DNA of 64,000 nt, taken from positions 496,001 through 560,000 of the forward strand of contig NOWV01000029.1 in the NCBI GenBank assembly GCA_003344405.1, written 5' to 3'. The translations under genes and the position numbers were made by a program. This document shows positions 25,397 to 36,754 of this stretch, piece after piece; positions within the stretch are counted from its first letter, which is position 1, and the number at the start of each line of letters is the position of its first letter. Under the pieces are notes generated by a model. It ran no database searches and was not told the origin of the DNA. It saw nothing but the letters and a program-made list of their open reading frames with translations. The DNA comes from Trichoplax sp. H2. Taxonomy: Eukaryota.

Positions 25397-26557
25397 ATGA
25401 CAGAAGCTATAAATTTGACAGTAATTCCTACAACAATCAAAGGAGGACCCTCGGTGCAAGATGAACTGGAACTTGCTCTCGAAATTCGAAGACGATTATC
25501 AATTGCGCGAATTGTTATTGGCGCTATCGCATTGGTTGTATCGTTTATTGGTACCATCTTAATATGTATAACTGTTGCTCGGGTCAAAAGATTATGGAGC
25601 TTTACCAACATCGTAGTCATCAACATGTGTATAGCTGCATTATTATTCACAATGATTGGTTTATTTAATGCTGCAACTGAATTCACATCTTATAAATCAT
25701 GGCCTTACGGTCCAGTAATGTGTAAGCTATTTACTGTATTCATTCAGATGTCAGTTATTTTTATTGCTTATTCCATGGTCTGCGTTAGTTATATACGTTA
25801 CCGGGTTATCTGCCAGCCGTTTAAGACCCCACCTGCACCGAGTATAGCGTACATTATAGTAATTTTGCTATGGATTATATCGATTCCGCTACCAACAGTC
25901 TATGGAGTATTTACAAGAGTCTACAACTTTCCTGTTGCACCCAACGTTGAAAGGCCTTTCTGTGTACGCCAATATCAAAATCAGGAATACTCTTATATGC
26001 AAGGTCTATCACAGAGGACTTGGAGAGTCTTAACGTGGTTATTATTTGCTGTCAACGTCGTAATCCCGTTAATACTCATTTTATTCTTTACGATTAGTAT
26101 TCATCTTGAATTAAATCAACAACCTGCCGTGACAATGAACATCGATACTCGAGCTGATAAAATATATGCAATTAAGAAAGACGTTAAGAAAATGAATCTA
26201 GTCATTTCTTTAGCATTTTTTATTACATGGAGTCCCATTACAATTTTATATATTATTTCCGAATATAATGTTTTTGATCGGCAACCTAATGATACACTAA
26301 TTCAAGCAATACAGCGCTATCATCTAGGGCAAGGGCTCCAATTCTTTTTTATTACTTTATGTAATTGTTATGGCGCTACAACTATTACTATATGTTATAA
26401 ATTTAATCCTCACTTTAACAGAGCATTCCAAAAAATATTACGTCGATGTTACAACAAGAAACAGAGCAAGATTCAGCCTGTGCCAAGTCGATCAATAATA
26501 ATTCCTAGCAGTAAATCAACGAACACTTCTGTTTTATATAATAAGTATAACTTATAA
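25397..26557 (+). CDS. Intronless rhodopsin-family (class A) GPCR, peptide-receptor-like, atypical motifs; 386 aa
   Basis: Seven hydrophobic segments; TM2 TNIVVINMCIA, ECL1 WPYGPVMCK, TM3 end SYIRYRVICQP, TM4 W...P, ECL2 Cys, TM5 V.IP, TM6 FFITWSP, helix 8 NPHFNRAFQKIL. Confidence 0.9.
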   Translation: MTEAINLTVIPTTIKGGPSVQDELELALEIRRRLSIARIVIGAIALVVSFIGTILICITVARVKRLWSFTNIVVINMCIAALLFTMIGLFNAATEFTSYKSWPYGPVMCKLFTVFIQMSVIFIAYSMVCVSYIRYRVICQPFKTPPAPSIAYIIVILLWIISIPLPTVYGVFTRVYNFPVAPNVERPFCVRQYQNQEYSYMQGLSQRTWRVLTWLLFAVNVVIPLILILFFTISIHLELNQQPAVTMNIDTRADKIYAIKKDVKKMNLVISLAFFITWSPITILYIISEYNVFDRQPNDTLIQAIQRYHLGQGLQFFFITLCNCYGATTITICYKFNPHFNRAFQKILRRCYNKKQSKIQPVPSRSIIIPSSKSTNTSVLYNKYNL

Positions 26558-29500
26558 TTTTAAAATGTGTAGCTCTAGCTCTATTGCCTTACACTATTTA
26601 TTTATCAACTTATGAAAGGGTCGAGTAAAGCGACAAAAAAGTATATTATAGTCGACATTTACACTTTAAAATTATATATATATGACATGTTAATCTTTTC
26701 TTTATCGGTACTAATATATAAATGATATAATATGTATTAAAATTATAGCAGCTATTCGTTCGTATTAGCACCATTTATTACCTAGGATCTCACTGTTGAA
26801 TAATACAAAGATCCGTTTCTATATGTCATAAACTTAGCTATCGTTAAAATTACTGAAACATCATATCGTTACTGTACAAATAGGCGTTACGTGTACATTG
26901 AAAACCTCCTTATTATATCGATGATGTAATTTAAATATCTAGTCTTTTGTTCTTCCAACTATAAGGATATCTACATAAACGATCGAATTAAACTCTTTAA
27001 ACATTAAAAAATACTGATAAAATTAGATTGATTAGCTCTACAGCTAGATATCGATCTGATTCATGTTGTTTGGTATATAAGATTGTTTCCTCTCTTCCAC
27101 TGTTTGTATAGTAGGGAGAAATAAATCAAAAATTATTACTATATTGATTCGCTTCTATTTTATAGATACTCGAGCAGATATTTTTATCTACTCCTTACCT
27201 AAACCGATTTGGCTTAAAGTAGGTAAAATCCTTTATTACTAAGTCACGGTTGTACCTATGTACGCGAATAGTAAGTTAGATCACAATAGGATAGCGATAC
27301 AGTCTGAAGATGCTTTGCGAATTGTACGTGATCAATTGGCTATAGCAGACTATACATAATGCTAATTCTGCTTCGATACTATATGATCTACGTTATTTTA
27401 GTCGTTTCTATTAATAATTATTAGTAAAGCTTTCCAGGTTGTACCATTTCCAACAGTCAATCATGTGACACTATAAAAGATAAAAAGTTACAAAAGAAGT
27501 TTGTTAATATGAAATTACCATAATCAACGAATTAAATTATGAATAAATCCCAAGAGAACTATACCGTATATCATATCAAGCTAAAGCTTAACAACTTACT
27601 CGAATGAAACCGTAGCACTTTATTTCAAGTCAGCATGATGTAAAGATCATATAAGCTAGGAGAACGTACAGATGCAATGTGTATGTTCCATATCATTCGC
27701 TGAATACAAAATAATATAGTTAACACAATAATTTATTCTATGTAGTCGATCCAGCATTGTAACTATTTAGGAATCTACATTAAGATAGTCTAGTTGTGAA
27801 TTTTCTTTTTAATTTATAACATTGTGCAGGTTATACTCTAGTTCATTTGAACGGGTAACTACTCGTAATATAATAAATGACATTCCTACAATTGTTTTGT
27901 ATCGTGTTATATTTCACATCCATAGTAAATTTTGCTGTATTAAACAGATAATGACAGTAGTGTTACTTTATTCACAATCATTACGTTAGTATAACAATTA
28001 TACAATTTTAATCTTAGGGCAAATTTACCATTATGAATGTTTGGATCAGAAACAACATATCAAACATCTATCTATCATCATTCTTCTTATCTGAATTATT
28101 GATCAATAATTGCTTGCAGTACATTAAAAGCATATTGAAAGATAATTCTAATTCACTTTGTTATAGATTAGATTAAATGAGAATACCATTTGCATCGAAA
28201 GGAATGAATAATAATCATGTCTTTATGGATATATCTGATTCACAACTATGTATGAAAACTATACAGGAACGGAAAGTTTTTCAATTTGTAAGAATTCTCA
28301 ATGTATTCACGAGTGACATTGACCTTCAGTTAGATAATGTACCATTGATTTATAGGATCATTTATCCATGGAATTGTTATAATTGAAACTTGCTATAATA
28401 AAGATAATATAAGTTGCGAAATTGCATCTATAATTGCGTTTGCCTGGCAGTATAAAATTATTAAAAGAAATAAGTAATGAATGTCTAAATTAAGTAAAGG
28501 ATGTTGCGATTAGTTTTAAATACTGAGAACTATAAGTTGTAGCTCATGGGTTGCTAATTGAAAATTATATTTTGCTTATAATAATCTGTATTGTTTATAA
28601 TTGTAATGAGATGAAAGCTTATATGTAAGCTACTAATTCCTTAATCTGCAAAAGTAACTCACGAATATCGAGTTGATTTTAACTTGATAGGCAAATTACT
28701 GTTATATCGTAAATATTTAAAATTGATTTTCAATTCCTTTTTTGTAATTATTATGGCAATAATGTGCATAATTTAATTTTAACTCACATCAAGCTAATTC
28801 TCAATATTTATTTCAATCGCATTTTCTACTTATCTATATTGTTTGATTTTGACCTAGCAGCAAGCTAGTAGTCAAGCTTTTTAAGTACAATCAATTAACT
28901 TTAGTAATCTGTACACAGGATGTTATGAAAGCACCATTGTAATGTACAATGTTTATCATGATTGCTTTTTCTAACAGTCGGCAAAACGTATTGATTTTGA
29001 TCTACTAGTAAGCCAATCTCTAATATTTATTTGCTCATCTTTCTGGGTATCGACATAGTTTTATCTAGAACCAATAACATAACCCAAGCTTAACATTGAA
29101 GCTTTATGTATTATAAATTTACATTTATAATTAATCTGCACAGATGATTTCACAATCTCTGCTCTCAGTAGTAGCATAATAAACATTATATATTACTAAA
29201 GTTACTGTATGTTCATTGTTTACGACCGCCCATGTCCTAAATAAATATCATAAGTTAATTTGAATACTTCTATCGGTCTCATTGATGTATTTTATACTTT
29301 ATTAACAAAGACATTCAAGTAGATCTTTGTGAAGTATTTTAATAAAATGCTTCCTTTGCCTTTTATAATTATATCGTTCGTATAAACTTGCAATTTTAAT
29401 TGATACCCGTATAAGTGTCTATTAGCCTAGTTAGAAGGTGCCTTGCAATTTTCTCATTTACTACATCAGTAAAGATGAATTGAAAGTTATATGTTTTAAA

Positions 29501-30350
29501 TTTATAATCACGATTACCGTTATGCTTTAAGAAATGATGACACTTGTGTGAGTTAGAGCGCGTTAATAGACATGATCAGCATGTTATCTACTAAATTAGA
29601 CAGTCTATAATCATTTATCTATTCAAGCGCTCATATAAATACGTGATATGAATATGCATAAGATGGCACTAACTCAGGCATGTGATCTGTCCACTGCCAT
29701 AATATAGGTGGAGGAAAACGCTTGAAGAGATTTTTGCTTTAAGAATACTACTCGGTAATGAGAGAAACAAAACTATTCAAATTCATTAATTAATTTTCAA
29801 TAGCTTATTGGGATTTGAAGGCGATCAAGATAGGATAGGGATAGAAACGCTTGAAAAACTATTTTTTGACTGTCACTAGACCTAGTAATACATGTATAGC
29901 AAAGTTCTATATGTATTTTTATCATGGAAATAAATGAAGGGAAGCAAAAAATTACTTCTTGAAATACCAAGCCGAAGAAACAGCAAAATATATTTTAGCT
30001 CGCCAATAAGTATATATAGGCAAATCAATGGTAAGACAAATGAAAAAAGAAGGAGGAGGGAAAAAATACCACAAGAAAGGACTTGCAATATATCCAATGT
30101 CCAGAGGAAGATGGACAAGACCTGTCCATCGCATAACTAAATGGAAATTTTAATTCTTCAACACCGTTCTGTATTCCGGCTAAAGTATCATTTTTGCAGG
30201 TTGGTTCTATATATGGTTATACAAGTTTAAAATTACTTCGATAATGGGATACCGGTTAACTGACGCGTATTTAGCTGATGCTAATATTAATAAATAAATA
30301 TAATTTATATAATTTACTATGGTTTATTTTATTATATTTATTAACTATAA

Positions 30351-30453
30351 TTACTGTACTGTACAGTACACTTACAGTCTTTTCTCAAGCACCAACATTA
30401 ATACTGTACTGTACAGTGTACAGTACAGTAATTCAAGTACTGTGTACTGTAGT
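30351..30453. promoter_or_regulatory. TACTGTAC/GTACAGTA-rich island upstream of GAS8
   Basis: TTACTGTACTGTACAGTACAC and ATACTGTACTGTACAGTGTACAGTACAGTA, about 600-700 bp upstream of the GAS8 ATG. Confidence 0.45.
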
Positions 30454-30829
30454 AAGAGCATGCGTAGACTGCTCGATATAGTCAGTATATTGTATCTGTA
30501 GGCAACGTACTCGCTAAGCGCACTTATGCAAAGGCCAATGTGGCCGTTCAGTGGCCGAAAATGTGAAATTTATTATTTTTCTGGTCATTCTACTACGCTC
30601 TATTACTGAAATTGTCTATCATAGCGTACAAAAGCAACCGTCAGTTCATTTTATTTTATGACCATCGTGGATAGTATTGTGTTCTGCTACAGACGTACGG
30701 TACAGCTCAAATGACTTGCAACAGAGGAACAGAGTTGGCCTCTACTAACTCACTCCTGTTAATGCGTACTGTATTGGACCTAAAACCGACGCTGTAAGCC
30801 TAGTTGAATGAGTTGGAACCACGTGACCT

Positions 30830-30848
30830 TATTGGTTGTCATAGATAC
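30830..30848 (+). promoter_or_regulatory. Composite CCAAT (ATTGG) / RFX X-box element in the GAS8 promoter
   Basis: TATTGGTTGTCATAGATAC. GTTGTC-AT-AGATAC resembles the X-box palindrome GTTGCC-AT-GGCAAC. An E-box CACGTGAC is adjacent (30820-30827) and a second X-box-like GTATCTGTAGGCAAC lies at 30492-30506. Confidence 0.65.
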
Positions 30849-31059
30849 ACAAACACATCATACCTATAGCAAATTGGGTCTACTGATGTGTTGAACTATC
30901 TTGGCCTACAAGACGATAACAAAGTAGTCAAATTACTGTGTTACAACAGTAAACTAGTTAAAATTAAAAAGAGGCAAGATAATCTTGCAGTAAAGGCGTA
31001 GATTGGACGACCATCACTCTGTATATTGCTGTAAAGAATAACATTAATAAACAAGCAAA

Positions 31060-34000
31060 ATGGTAGGCAAAATCAGCAAATAAATTGATACTAAAAACTT
31101 GACGTCAAAGAGGAATGCTAGCTACTTGAGAACTATAATTTTAAAATTGCTAATTGCTTCCAATACTTCCTTGTAATATGACTGAAACAAATTTTGAAAA
31201 GTGCAATTAGTTCTTTCCTCCATAGTAATTTATTCTCGTCAGTTTTAGACTACTGCGTTAGTAACATGTTTTTTAACGATGTATAAATATATACATATGT
31301 ACAGTATATATAATACTCATTCTTCCCAGAAAGAATATTCTTCTAATATACTTTATTACACTTGTCTCTCTACAGTCTATTATAGATAATAGTTGTAAGA
31401 TTAAGTCAAATACGATAAATACGTTCAAAAGGTTAAACCCATCAAGGAGCAATTAGAAGAATTAAATTACAGGATATCACTATGTTGAACATATCAGATC
31501 GTATAGTATTTACTTTTAGATACGACTAATCGGCTATATTGTCGTAATCTCGATATCATTACTTTTTAGCCGCCAAAGAGGAGAGCGGGGAAAGGAAAGA
31601 AAGCTAAACAAAATAAGGGACCCGCAGTTGTGGATGGCCTTAGTCCTGATAACATGAGCAAAGAGCAGGTAATGTAATCAATTTCATTCCCAGTTATAAT
31701 ACATTGTCATAACACTAGTTTAGATAATTTTAAATATACTTTGGTGGCCTTCATCGTGAAACCAATGTAGAGACTAATAGGTGTTTCTGATGCCTTCTAT
31801 TTCTATTTTTTCTAGCTTCTCGAACACATTAGCCGATTGCGAGAAGAATTAGATCGAGAAAGACAAGAGCGTAACTTCTTCCAACTGGAACGCGATAAAA
31901 TTAATACATTCTGGGAAATAACTAAAAGGCAATTAGATGAGAAAAAAGCAGAATTAAGAAATAAAGATCGGGAGATGGAAGAAGAAGAAGAAAGGCATCA
32001 AGTCGAGATTAAGGTACGTTTTTTGCTTGAATGCAATGTTTGAATAAAAATGGAGAAAGGATACTTTGGTATAGTGTATTAATGTAACTATGCTATAATT
32101 AGGTTTATAAACAAAAGGTAAAGCATTTGCTTTACGAACATCAGAACAATATTACGGAACTAAAAGCAGAAAGTAGGTTGAAGTACTTCTGTATAAAAAT
32201 TTGTCGCAGTTAAATATATAAAAAATTTTTGATCTTATAACGTTGAAAAACTTATCTGAGTATGAAATCTCCTCTGAATACAGATTCAGTTTCACTTAAG
32301 CTCGCACAAGATGATAAACGTGGTCGAGAAATGGAATTGGAAAAAGATAAGCGTGGCTTGAAGGTCAGCATTTTAGTACATACTGTAATAAGGATATTTA
32401 CGTACCTTAGTCATAAATCGATGGCTATCAAACCGAAAAAAATATATAAGCAAAATGTATGTGTTTCTCGTAATTGAAAAATATTAATTTGTTGTTTGAC
32501 TTGCTTATTATCAAAGGTTCAAATAAAAGAAATGGAATTATCAAATGAAGATATTATGAAGGATCTTAAGAAGGTCAGAACTAACTGTTGATTGCATAAT
32601 TAAATAAAAAAATTTAACGCAATTCGCTAGAAGACAACTATGTCGGTTGCATTCAATAAATATACTCTCTCACTCATGTACTCGTAAACAAAATATAGAA
32701 ACACGACGAAGTGGTTACCCAAATGAGACAGGAGTTTGAGAGAAAATCAAGAGGTAAAGGGAATATAATTTTTCATTTCGTCGACAAATTGTACTTTATA
32801 TCGTAAAAATTCACTTATTAAGCTATAACTAGCTGATAGCGTTATATTCATTGTTTAGAGTTGGAAATAAAGTACGAAAAGAAAATGAGAGACTTAAGAG
32901 ATGAGCTTGATTTGCGAAGAAAAACTGAAATTCACGAAATTGAAGAGGTTAATTATCAATTACGTGTATACTGATAATATCCAATACTGTTTTAAATTAT
33001 CGTTTAACACAATTTATTAATGAATAACATTACTAGTTACAATTTTACTATATACCTGCTTATCAGTGATATGCAAAGCTTTCGAAATCTGTAATTTAAT
33101 TCTAATGTATAACATGTTTATACCTCTCTGCAGCGTAAAAACAATCAAATTAATACTTTAATGAAAAATCATGAGAAAGCATTCAGCGATATTAAGAATT
33201 ATTATAACGATATTACGCTGAATAACTTGGCACTAATCAATTCTCTCAAGGTATCTAAACATGTTTTAGCTATTATATTCTCTCAATAATTACGATGAAC
33301 GACGATTAATAGGATGTTAACAATAGCATTTTCTTTACTATTCATAAAGGAACAAGTTGAAGAGATGAAAAAGAAAGAAGAAAGAACTGAAAAGCTAATG
33401 CAAGAGATTCAGTTAGAAAATAAACGTTTAACTGAACCTCTTCAAAAAGCACGTGAAGAGGTTACCGAATTGCAACGCCAGGTAATTTTATATTGTATGG
33501 TGGAGTTTCATATGTTTTATTAATAATGCAATATTATACCACATTAATCACCTCGCTGTTGCTCGTAAATAGTGTGTGATATTTTAAAGTTGTGATCTCA
33601 TGGTTACTTACTTTTGTTTGCCTACGCTTATTGATAGAAATTACGGTACGCCATAACATTTAACACTCTTTTACAAGTAGTTAGATTGAATAGATTAAAT
33701 TGCCAACTAGTATTAAGTACAAGTAGTTTCGTCACGGCCAAGTGATTTAAAATGCACATATTGATTTATTTAAATTAAATGAAAAAGCAGCATGATAATT
33801 ATAAGGGAGTTTCAGCAATACTTTATATGATAGAATTTCTTATCATCAGTCCTATTTTTTAACTTTTCTACTTTAGTTGACCAACTATGAAAAAGATAAA
33901 TCTTCACTTGCGGTAAGTCTTTAAATACAATATCCAGCCTGAAAATGCACGCATAAGACAAATTCCTAGAGATCAATAATAAATAGATTGTTGGTAGATA

Positions 34001-34948
34001 AAATAGATTAAAATATATCAATTAAATATAATATCTTCATTTACACCATTTAAATTAGAATGCTAAAGCAAGATTAAAAGTACAGGGTGAAGGATTAAAA
34101 AATCTTGAATGGGAACATGAAGTGCTTCAACAGCGTTTCGAACAATTGCAATTGGAGAGGGATGATTTATATACTAAATTCGTAAAAGCAATACATGAAG
34201 TACAACAGAAGAGTAGCTTTAAGAACTTGCTACTTGAAAAGAAGCTTAATGCTCTTGCTGATGTTCTTGAAAAGAAGGTAAATTATGGAAATGACAATAA
34301 CTATAATTAGAAGTTATACTTAACTTAGCAATATATACTTTTTTCACTTAAATATTTTAGGAGGCTCAACTAAATGAAGTTTTAGCGGCATCTAACCTCG
34401 ATCCAACTGCTCTATCAGTTGTCACAAGAAAACTAGAGGTTATTACGAATTTAAAGTTAAAAACCATCAGCATGTATCTAGTTTGAAGCTTAAAAATAAA
34501 TTAATTCAAATCTTTCATCATTTAGGATGTCTTGGATTCTAAGAATACAGCAATTAAGGACTTACAGTATGAACTCGCCCGAGTCTGCAAGGTAATAATA
34601 TCATTGTATATTATAGAAACAAGTGTACGTAGACTTATTGTTAAATAAAAAATGTCTACAGTAAGAGAAATGTGATGCATCTGAATGTATAGGAAGCCAG
34701 TATAAAAATTTTAATAAAGATTTACTGTAGCAAACAGGCTCATATGTGATAAATAAATACTAAAATATTAAATTATTATTTATGAATGTATATTTTAGGC
34801 TCATAATGATTTATTAAGAACTTACGAAGCTAAATTAAAGTCATTCGGAGTTCCAACTGAAGAGCTAGGATTTAAACCTTTGGAAACAACAGTCAGCGGA
34901 CAAGTTTTGGGTAAAGGACCGGCAGGCTTAGTTTCAGCCTTACCATAA
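31060..34948 (+). CDS. GAS8: Dynein regulatory complex subunit 4 / growth arrest-specific 8; 15 exons
   Basis: ATG-only first exon (31060-31062|GTAGGC), then [11 protein letters not shown]...[126 protein letters not shown]. All introns are GT-AG and in phase; stop at 34946-34948. Confidence 0.98.
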
Positions 34949-36036
34949 ACATATTGCTAACATTGTCTCTTTCAGAACATGGATAATCTATATCATTATA
35001 CAGATTTATTAATGTAAAGTGTCAGTCGATTGCATTTATCACAATTAAACTCGGATCTTTCAATATTCTAAAGATTTTATGGCATAACAATAATCATGAT
35101 GGCCAGATTAATATTAACTGGACCATTCTCTTACTGTTTCGTCACGTTATAAATCTATGAATAATAGCGCATCATGTAAGATAGTAGATTTAGATGATCA
35201 CATGTCTTTTAGTTAATCATTCCATTATTAATTTGACCTTGAGAAAAAATGTTAATTTCCCCGTCAAAATAACTTCTCATTGTATTCGTATATACTTCTT
35301 AAAAAGTTTTACTGTAATCATAATTGTGAACGTTGTCTACTTTTTTAGAAAAAATATGTTATTTATAAGATATCACTAATTTCTATGGGCTTATAATAAA
35401 GAAAATTTGCCATGCGTAATTATTGAACTGAGATTAAAGGTTTAAATAGCAAACTATTTAGATCTATAGCCGCTTTTTATCTTATTCTGATGGCTTAACT
35501 TACATATGAGCAATTGAGCATATTACTGGTCTAATAGCTACTATACAATTGCTAAAGAATCAAAAATGCCCTGCTAATGTGACCTTCAGAAGGGGAGAAG
35601 TCTTCCTTATTTCCTTCTTAAAGCTTAATATAGTAATAATGTCATGATAATCTGTATGCAACTTGCACTTATCTTAGCAATAATCATTGATAATCCTATA
35701 ATGAATAATGTAACCTACTGTATAGTTGCAAGCATAATATTTTTCATTATTTTCGATACCTCGATATATCTATTCTTCAAGATATTAACCTTTAATAGTA
35801 ATGACCTTGTCTATATAACATATCTTTAGCAGGATTTCGATTTTATATATCTCTATCTTATATTCGTATTTAGCAAGTTATTGTTAAAATCGTATGTTAA
35901 AGGTAGTTATTAAAGTACGATAGAACCTATAACCCATAAACTTGTTATAATATAGCAAGATAGACTATAATCTAGTTAGCAGATAAGTGAAAGAGATATG
36001 TTATTGATAATTGCATTGGATGATCTCGTTGTTTTA

Positions 36037-36055
36037 TATTGGTTGTCATAGAAAC
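36037..36055 (+). promoter_or_regulatory. Composite CCAAT / RFX X-box element upstream of LRRC69
   Basis: TATTGGTTGTCATAGAAAC, 18/19 identical to the element upstream of GAS8; ~700 bp before the LRRC69 ATG. Confidence 0.65.
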
Positions 36056-36754
36056 AGGGCTGGAACATTTAGCTAGCTTGTTTGATAAGAGAAAACTATC
36101 AGTCTATCACAGAGTTTAGTGTCGATTACATTATACATTGAGTCATAGGCATCTATAGATGGATCTATAGCCATGAGATATTACTTATATGCTGGTATAT
36201 GTGTCATTTTACCAATTATCAACAGATAAAATATTTCAAACTCGCGGAAGACAGAAATAAACAGCACAAGTTTCACCATCACTGAATGATAGTCTAGTTA
36301 CTTGAAGAGACTAGCGGTTGCAGTAAATGAACGGGAAGGACTAATCATCCGCTGGATATTGGATATTCGAACACTTTTATATCAGATTTACAGGATCTGC
36401 TTAATATTTGAAAGCAAACTTGGACGAAAACGTTAATAATTTCAGAGCTTTAATACAACAAGGTCTCGGTTCCATTTTAACTTTGGTAAAGGATCTGTTA
36501 ATTATTAACTAGCTGTATACTGTAGTTATGATTGGAATTTAAGATTAAATGGTGTATATCGAAGATCTGTAATATCAGATAATTGCCAAATATATCGTAA
36601 ATCGGTTGCAGTATGAAATCCTATTATCAGCTGTAACTATCTACTCTCTTAAACGCAACATACCAAAGATCCTAGGAAAATTTTGAGCGTTAGAGGGCTT
36701 TCTCTGTATATTATAGTATCGTCTTTAAAATTTTCGAAAATTTAGCTTACAATC

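Noticed and set aside
25381..25686. 101-aa antisense ORF over the GPCR (also 46832-47134, 46656-47006, 54267-54521, 40561-40863, 41577-41898)
   Set aside because: Shadow ORFs on the opposite strand or in alternative frames of real exons or promoters; no recognisable motifs.
29934..30140. 68-aa basic ORF with an 8-bp hairpin (GATGGACA-AGACC-TGTCCATC, 30110-30130), considered as a Helitron end or small gene
   Set aside because: No convincing CTRR/T terminus, no domain similarity and no supporting splice structure.
33251..33260. GTATCT donor in GAS8 (and GTATCA in rhophilin) as possible U12 introns
   Set aside because: Neither matches the GTATCCTT U12 consensus; treated as ordinary U2 introns.
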